This document shows, piece after piece, positions 57,676 through 64,000 of a stretch of 64,000 nucleotides of DNA. The DNA is taken from NCBI GenBank assembly GCA_018221105.1, contig JAAOYA010000001.1, positions 50,812 through 114,811 on the forward strand, read 5' to 3'. Position numbers and translations under genes: made by a program. Origin of the DNA: Candidatus Woesearchaeota archaeon. GTDB lineage: Archaea > Nanobdellota > Nanobdellia > Woesearchaeales > JAAOYA01. The notes below the pieces were generated by a model. It saw nothing but the letters and a program-made list of their open reading frames with translations, was not told the DNA's origin and ran no database searches. Position 1 is the stretch's first letter; the number at the start of each line of letters is the position of its first letter.

Positions 57676-60600
57676 ATGAACGCAAAAACTATTGTGAAAA
57701 CAAAAAAAAGCATCAGTTTATTGATGACTTACCTGATAATATTATTGCCAGTTTATTCTGCAGTAGCCTTCGCAGCGCCAAGCGCGACATTAACAACAGG
57801 TGCTACAGGCCTAAACACTGCTATTAACAAACAATACCGCATCAAAATAGAGTGGGACGCTGTTACTAGTTCATCATTTAATCATTATATGATACTGCGA
57901 AATAATGTTTTTTTAGAAAATAGGACAGTGCCATACTTTGACGATTACAATGTAGTGGCTGACACAACTTACAATTATCAAATAATACTGGTTGATAATA
58001 ATGGTGACACAAGTCCTTCGATTTCGTGGAGTGTTAGAACGCCAGAAGTCGATACTGAACCGCCAGAGTTAGACATGACAGTTGTGGAGTACACAAATCA
58101 ACAATACTTGGTGCTCAGTGGCAGCACAGAAACTGATACTGTGGTAACATTGTATGTTAACGGTAATTTCTTTGATGATGTTGACACACGAGATTTTGGA
58201 ACCTACAGTTTCAGCGGGATATTATTAAATCAAGGCAGCAATACTTTGCGCTTTGAGGCAGTAGACTATTTTAACAACAGCGCAGAATACACATTCGATG
58301 TTGTAAGTGACACAATACCGCCAGACTTAACTTTTGATGAAGTTCTTGCAGCTTCAACAAGCACCACAATAACACTAACAGGCGATGCGTCAGAGGACAT
58401 GACTGTTGACTGGTATATAACAGACTCATTAGATGTAACAGCTCCATCTAAAGTATTACAATTAAAAACCACCACAGTAGAGCAAAACACAGTGCGACTA
58501 GAGTGGGATATTCTTGAAGTTGATGATTTTGACGAATACATAATATATCGCTCAGATGTAGGAGCACTAGCTAAGACTCCAAACAACGAATACACTGATG
58601 ACGAAGTAAGTAGTGATATAACATACACTTATACTGTAGCAGCAATGGACCAAAATAATAATATTGGAGAAGAGTCAGATGACTTAACTGTTACAACACT
58701 TTCTGACGGCATCGACAAAGATGTGCCGGAAGCAGTACTAGTTGTAGAGCCTGATAATAATTGGGACTTAGTAGCAGGAAGTTTCAGTGAAACAATAACA
58801 ATACTCGACGGGACAGTATCAACAGTTCAATACATTGCAACAGACTTAGCAGACAACACTGCAGAAGAAACCTTTAGCATAGCTCATGATAGTGAAGCGC
58901 CATATTTTATAGAGCCAGTATCGATTGATAGTTACAGTCCATCATATGATAGGCTAGTGGACATTAAAGGCCAAGTAAGCGAAAAAGCAACAATATTAGC
59001 ATATGTTAACGGTGATTTGAAAGATAATGTTTCAACTGACGAGTTCGGCTTTTTTAGCATTGATTTAGAACTAACACGCGACATAGAAGCAGATGACTCG
59101 TATAGTGCTGGCAGTGGCACAATCAGTATATCGCGTGGCCCGTGGATTAACAACATTCGACTAGTAGCAATTGACGCGATAGGACAACAAAACGTTTTAG
59201 AAGGCGTTATCGATTACACATTGTGTGGCAGTGGCACTTGGTGGGATGTTGACATGAGCGAAGTATACCCAAACATTTTGACTCCCAGACTATTACTGTT
59301 AGGTGTTGAACAAATAGGCTTTGATATAGAACTAGACTGGCGTGGCACTTTAGACAGTCCAACAATTAGTAGTTCTCGCGTTAGCAGGGTTATGATTAGC
59401 CCTGCAGAAGAAGAAGATTACGATCATGACTGGGTGCAACCGCCAGTAAACACTTGGAGCACCACCAACAAACGAGGCTACATACAAATACCATTCGTTC
59501 GCGACCCACTAAGCTTAGATGATGAAAACATGACATCATTTGAAAAAGAAACAAACATATCAGAGCACCGCGAAAACAGTTGTTTGCTGCCAGGATTTGG
59601 ATGTATAAAGTTGTTCTTAGAATTAGAGATTAATTTTGCGGACACTACAGGAACAAACCCTCGAAATCAAGGAATGAGAACACAAAAAGAATGCATTCCA
59701 ATAGAAATAGTAATTGACAAAAGACTCAACCCAGACATCATACCAGACAAGTTTTTGGAACGTTCAATTGAATTTTTAGAAAACAGTGTAGACCTAATAG
59801 ACACAGTGCTGCCAAGACTACAAAACCTCAAAGTATGGTTATTTTGGACTTGTACAGTAAGCTGGGTAGGAGAATGGTTTTTAGCAATCAATGAAAAATA
59901 CGCCTGTGAATTCGCAAACTTTGCAGCAAACCCTGATGAAAAATTCAATAAAGCTGTTGCAAAAAGAGGCGTTGGTGCATGTAGTGAAGCTTATAAAGAA
60001 AACTCTGGCGCTTGTGAGACTTGTGCCGAGTCAATACAAAAACGGGAGAGCTATGTTTACAATACTGATTGGGTGTGCCAACGGATTTATTGTTCTAATG
60101 CTCCAACATTACAAAACTATGTAAAAGAAGCACAAGATGATAAGAAAACAGATTTTGTTGATGGAGTTGACATTAATACTGCTTGCGCAGTGTATAATAC
60201 TGCTGACTTGAAATATGATAGTTTAGAAACAGTTTACCAAAAATATGATGATGACAAAGATCTTTACGCTAAATGTTTTGAAGGTTCAGCAAATGAGCGC
60301 AACGCTGCTGAATGTTGTATTTATGAATACATGCGTGAATGGGATAGTGCTTGTGTTTTAATGGATGAAGCAGAGCAAAGTGTTTGCTTGCAAGCACAAG
60401 CAGAAGGTCAAACAAGACCAGGTTGTAATCGCTTGTGGAATAGTGTCGCAGGCTTTTGCGAGCCAACAGGAGAGCCAAAAGCACAATTAGTAATGAGTGG
60501 ATTGCGGTATAGTGATTTTTTCAAAGATGCAACAGAAGCTAGCAGGCTTGGACACCCTCAACTGGGTTATGCTAGTGATTGGCAAACATCAAGCAATTCT

Positions 60601-63162
60601 ATTGCTTACGAGTGCGTTGGCACTTATGGTTGTGGCAATTATCAGAAAGGAGCAAAAATACAAGAAAGTGGTTCACAACAAACTCTATTTTATTGGATTG
60701 CACAAACAAAAGCGGAAGGCGGCAACGCAGCAGGAGGTACTTGCATTGGAACAACAAGAGTCAACGAGTTAACAAATCCTACGATTATTTACTCAATTGA
60801 TTATGGAACTCCTGACGATCCTACTAATCCTGCTATAAGAAGAGGCTATGTTACTCAAACAATTGCCGGTGCAGAAAAAATCAACGGTGAATTTTCCATA
60901 CAGTCAGACACGCATTTCATACCTGCAAGTGATGACTTAAATTTAGACTTTAGTGAAGACTGTGATGGAGAAAATGGAGAATTTGAAAAAATAAGAACTG
61001 AGTTCAACAATAATTGTCCATCAACTCAAGATCGAGAAATGACTCGCGCGCAAGCAATAAAACTATGCGAAAATATCAGAACAGAAGCAGGCATTAGTGA
61101 TAAAGAATACATCGTAGACCCTGCTTCATCACTACTGCGCTCAATACAATGTGCTTGCCTTCCAGCGTTGACTTCATACTTGTCTTTTATGCGCAACATG
61201 TTCAACGCAGTAAAAACATGCTTTGAAACAATACTATTAACAGGCGATGGTAGTGAAGGAGCATGTCAAGCAGTACTAACACAATACATCTGCGACCTAA
61301 TCTATGATTTAATTGCTTGTTTTACACAAAAATATTCTGTTAACACCGTAGGCAACGCTGGAGCAATGGGTGATGGCGGAAGATTCATCGGAGCACTAAC
61401 TAGCGCTGGAGCGTCAGTAGGAGAGCGCGTTCGCGGCAAGTATGGTGACAATGTTATTTACGAAGAAATATTTAGTCAGCGAAAGCTAGCTCACGCAGTA
61501 TGCTTATTCGCGTTCACAGGGGACTGGATTTTTGATGTTGCGGGAATGTTAGAAACAGAATATACTATTCCAATAGAATCAGAAGCATTACTTTACCCAG
61601 CAACGCGAAAGTTCGTTTCAGCAAACCCTTTAACTAACCCTCCAGGACTAGCAACACACTTGTACCATTTAGGAATTGGTTTAGTATCAGGAGCAGACCT
61701 AGATTATGAAATATACTTACAATGTTCTAACACATTAGACTGTCCAGAATTTGAAGGCGGAAGATGCGATTGTGCAAACCTGCCAGACCCTTTGAAAAGA
61801 TCGCTCTCAGGCGGTCGCTTAACAGCTGGAGATATTCTAGGAACTGGACTTGAAGGAGACCAATACCATACATTAGTAGGTGAGAGCGTGCGCTATGACA
61901 CAGCAGTAATCGAGTGGGAGTGGGACAACAAAGACGGCGAGCGCATCACTAGCAAAAAAGAAACACATATCAGCCAAACAGGCGGTGACCCGCCGGCATA
62001 CTGTGAATTCGATATATTTGAAGGAATGTTCCGTTGTAGTTATGATATTGGAGAAGGAAGCTTTGCGTACTTTTCAGATGTTGACACTGAACAAAGCGAT
62101 GGCAAATACTCAACTGGCGAAAGGCTGGCTTTTGATATTGGTGTTAAACAACAAATTCCTGAAGAGAGCGCTAGTTGTTCAACGCAAAACTGCGAGCACA
62201 CAAAATACTTGAGCGTGCGCGTATTCAACCAAAACAGAGCACTAGTCTATGACAACGCAGAAGGCTTCAAACCATTAAACTATAATGGTGAGCGGACCTA
62301 TGAATTGCCTGAAAACTTTATCATCACAGAAGATCACTTCAACCAAAATCCTGCAACAGCAGGAAGAGTACAATGTAGTGTTTTCAAAAGAGAAGGTGCC
62401 AGTATAAGCTTCGACCCTACAATATATTGCGCTGAAAGCATGAAAATAAGTTATAATCACGGCAACACAAACGCCTTGTTTACTTATCAGTTAGGAACAT
62501 TCAGTGCAGGCGATAATCCGCAATTTACTGCTTCTAGCTCGCCGTTTTTATGCGTTTACCAAAATAACATTGCAAAATGCGGCGTTACAGAACTAAAAAT
62601 TAACAGTCTTCCAAGTTCCTCGGCAAGTATTACGATAAAAAAAGAAGGACAAGCGTCCAACGATCCTCGCGGTTGCCAGAGCGCTGCTGGTGGCGCAACT
62701 TGGCAGGCAGAACTAACACTTTATGATGCTCGCGAGACCGGCAGCAATAATTGGGAGCGTGGCGACACTATCACAGTGTATCAGAGTGCACAACAAGAAG
62801 AAACTGTTAGTTTCACAGCAACATGTAAGAGTACTAGTGAAGTATGTGACACTTCAGGACAGCGCCCTGCGGGAAGCAGTGGATGTAATTGTATTAGTGG
62901 CAGTGCTTCAGCTGTTTGCGATGCTAACAAGTATTGTTGGACTGGAACTGATAGTGTTAGTTGTGAAGATGGGAGAAAAGACTTGAGTGCTAGTGGTTCT
63001 GGAGTATCGGGTCTAGAAAACCAACCATGTGGTAGTAATCAGGGGATGTGTCGAGCTCCAAATGGTGTTAATTGTCCTGACGGATTATTTTTTGTTGATG
63101 GGACAAATGATAGTACTAAACAATCTGACTGTGTTGGCGGATTATTTTGTTGTGAGAATTGA
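57676..63162 (+). CDS. Giant secreted FN3/Ig-like + Cys-rich protein, paralog 2 (1828 aa)
   Basis: Signal peptide LLPVYSA; two FN3 units (W...Y.I.R...Y.Y.V/I...D..GN); Ig-like units; long Cys-rich helical and C-terminal regions. Confidence 0.78.
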   Translation: MNAKTIVKTKKSISLLMTYLIILLPVYSAVAFAAPSATLTTGATGLNTAINKQYRIKIEWDAVTSSSFNHYMILRNNVFLENRTVPYFDDYNVVADTTYNYQIILVDNNGDTSPSISWSVRTPEVDTEPPELDMTVVEYTNQQYLVLSGSTETDTVVTLYVNGNFFDDVDTRDFGTYSFSGILLNQGSNTLRFEAVDYFNNSAEYTFDVVSDTIPPDLTFDEVLAASTSTTITLTGDASEDMTVDWYITDSLDVTAPSKVLQLKTTTVEQNTVRLEWDILEVDDFDEYIIYRSDVGALAKTPNNEYTDDEVSSDITYTYTVAAMDQNNNIGEESDDLTVTTLSDGIDKDVPEAVLVVEPDNNWDLVAGSFSETITILDGTVSTVQYIATDLADNTAEETFSIAHDSEAPYFIEPVSIDSYSPSYDRLVDIKGQVSEKATILAYVNGDLKDNVSTDEFGFFSIDLELTRDIEADDSYSAGSGTISISRGPWINNIRLVAIDAIGQQNVLEGVIDYTLCGSGTWWDVDMSEVYPNILTPRLLLLGVEQIGFDIELDWRGTLDSPTISSSRVSRVMISPAEEEDYDHDWVQPPVNTWSTTNKRGYIQIPFVRDPLSLDDENMTSFEKETNISEHRENSCLLPGFGCIKLFLELEINFADTTGTNPRNQGMRTQKECIPIEIVIDKRLNPDIIPDKFLERSIEFLENSVDLIDTVLPRLQNLKVWLFWTCTVSWVGEWFLAINEKYACEFANFAANPDEKFNKAVAKRGVGACSEAYKENSGACETCAESIQKRESYVYNTDWVCQRIYCSNAPTLQNYVKEAQDDKKTDFVDGVDINTACAVYNTADLKYDSLETVYQKYDDDKDLYAKCFEGSANERNAAECCIYEYMREWDSACVLMDEAEQSVCLQAQAEGQTRPGCNRLWNSVAGFCEPTGEPKAQLVMSGLRYSDFFKDATEASRLGHPQLGYASDWQTSSNSIAYECVGTYGCGNYQKGAKIQESGSQQTLFYWIAQTKAEGGNAAGGTCIGTTRVNELTNPTIIYSIDYGTPDDPTNPAIRRGYVTQTIAGAEKINGEFSIQSDTHFIPASDDLNLDFSEDCDGENGEFEKIRTEFNNNCPSTQDREMTRAQAIKLCENIRTEAGISDKEYIVDPASSLLRSIQCACLPALTSYLSFMRNMFNAVKTCFETILLTGDGSEGACQAVLTQYICDLIYDLIACFTQKYSVNTVGNAGAMGDGGRFIGALTSAGASVGERVRGKYGDNVIYEEIFSQRKLAHAVCLFAFTGDWIFDVAGMLETEYTIPIESEALLYPATRKFVSANPLTNPPGLATHLYHLGIGLVSGADLDYEIYLQCSNTLDCPEFEGGRCDCANLPDPLKRSLSGGRLTAGDILGTGLEGDQYHTLVGESVRYDTAVIEWEWDNKDGERITSKKETHISQTGGDPPAYCEFDIFEGMFRCSYDIGEGSFAYFSDVDTEQSDGKYSTGERLAFDIGVKQQIPEESASCSTQNCEHTKYLSVRVFNQNRALVYDNAEGFKPLNYNGERTYELPENFIITEDHFNQNPATAGRVQCSVFKREGASISFDPTIYCAESMKISYNHGNTNALFTYQLGTFSAGDNPQFTASSSPFLCVYQNNIAKCGVTELKINSLPSSSASITIKKEGQASNDPRGCQSAAGGATWQAELTLYDARETGSNNWERGDTITVYQSAQQEETVSFTATCKSTSEVCDTSGQRPAGSSGCNCISGSASAVCDANKYCWTGTDSVSCEDGRKDLSASGSGVSGLENQPCGSNQGMCRAPNGVNCPDGLFFVDGTNDSTKQSDCVGGLFCCEN

Positions 63163-63173
63163 AAATATTATTT

Positions 63174-63671
63174 TTATTTTTGACTGCTTTTGAACTCTTC
63201 TTTTAATTTTTTTGCGTCTAAATTTTGATTGTTGATCATATATGTCCAGTATAATTCTCTTACTAGTTTTTCATCATTTGGTTTTTGTTCTAGCTGTGCT
63301 TCCAATTCACTAATTTTTGTTTTTAATTCAACACTATTCAATGGAGCGCTTTTACTCTTAGATGCTTGTGTTGGTTTTAAAGGAAAATAAATTGTTTGCG
63401 GAGGACCTCCAGGCTTTAAATCTTTAGCAGTACCATAAACTTCACCAGTCTCTAAATCAAAATAAGTAATACTAGCGCCAGGCTCTTCACAAGTGATGCT
63501 TTGTGCTGGGTTGGTTGGTGTTTTTAGTGGTTCTTGAGCATAAACAGGACTAGCTGAAACTATTGCGTAAACTAGCGCAGTGCCAGCTAATGTGGTTGCT
63601 GCCTTTGGCAAGAAACCAACAGTTTTCTCCAAACCATCAAGGCTTTTCTCGTCGATAACATATCCTTCCAT
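63174..63671 (-). CDS. Hypothetical exported protein
   Basis: Hydrophobic TTLAGTALVYAIVSASPVYA segment; helical TPR-like tail; BRE/TATA GAAAGGTTTTTATA upstream. Confidence 0.6.
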   Translation of the reverse strand: MEGYVIDEKSLDGLEKTVGFLPKAATTLAGTALVYAIVSASPVYAQEPLKTPTNPAQSITCEEPGASITYFDLETGEVYGTAKDLKPGGPPQTIYFPLKPTQASKSKSAPLNSVELKTKISELEAQLEQKPNDEKLVRELYWTYMINNQNLDAKKLKEEFKSSQK

Positions 63672-63768
63672 TGTACTAAAAGAGTTGTTTTACTAGTATA
63701 AAAACCTTTCGGAAAAACGTCACTGAAGAGTGGTTAAAAAGTGAGTTATGCGGACTTGGCAAAAAGCC

Positions 63769-63999
63769 CTACTTATTCTTAACATCTGCTTTAATCATTT
63801 TTACTATTTCTGGAAATGTTGATATGTTAAAATGGCCGTTCTTGCTCTTATAAATGATTATCTTGGCATTCTTTAGTTTTTGTTTATACTTTTCAGCGTG
63901 TGAGACTGGAACAACATCGTCATCTTTTGAAAACATTAAAGTAGTGTTTTTAGAGTTTTTTTCAATCATTGAAAGGTCTGATTTTAGCTTGAAGCCACC
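63769..63999 (-). CDS. RBBP9/YdeN-family hydrolase, C-terminal part (5'-truncated by the window edge)
   Basis: Frame open to the window end; FSKDDDVVP...GHF. Confidence 0.7.
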   Translation of the reverse strand, partial: GGFKLKSDLSMIEKNSKNTTLMFSKDDDVVPVSHAEKYKQKLKNAKIIIYKSKNGHFNISTFPEIVKMIKADVKNK

Positions 64000-64000
64000 G

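Noticed and set aside
63730-63770. GGCAAAAAGCCC resembling a transposon right end
   Set aside because: The match to the TIR is short and gapped, with no subterminal TGTCGA box or partner end.
1-64000. CRISPR array, cas genes, rRNA, inteins, stop-codon reassignment
   Set aside because: No regularly spaced repeat-spacer array or rRNA-like segment seen. EF-2, EF-1alpha, aCPSF1 and DnaK have normal lengths, and genes end in TAA, TAG or TGA as in the standard code.

Overview
Archaeal chromosome segment, most likely a DPANN archaeon of the Woesearchaeota/Nanoarchaeota type. The archaeal markers are L7Ae, S28e, L24e, L21e, Rpo4, EF-2, EF-1alpha, proteasome beta, aCPSF1, BRE/TATA promoters and a BHB tRNA intron; the lineage call is inference from gene content and the many orphan surface proteins. 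Layout: (1) 0-14 kb, surface proteins, orphans and a bacterial-type MetRS; (2) 14-29 kb, housekeeping translation, transcription and proteolysis genes, including a double kink-turn leader on rpl7ae, a D-loop-intron tRNA-Ser(GGA) and an N-terminally truncated Dph2; (3) 29-38 kb, two surface proteins and a grpE-ykgJ-dnaK-dnaJ operon; (4) 37962-44165, a 6.2-kb IS5/IS903-like single-transposase element with ~55-bp imperfect terminal inverted repeats and a 9-bp target duplication, carrying two regulators, an R-M fusion, a PD-(D/E)xK nuclease plus HEPN pair and a TM protein, i.e. a cargo-carrying defence transposon; (5) 45-63 kb, an ~18-kb co-directional operon built from two copies of the module membrane protein / large KRGQ pilin-like protein / giant Ig- and Cys-rich secreted protein. 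All assignments come from motif recognition by eye; no database searches were run. Several ORF-track starts were corrected because the GTG is part of a GGTGA Shine-Dalgarno site.
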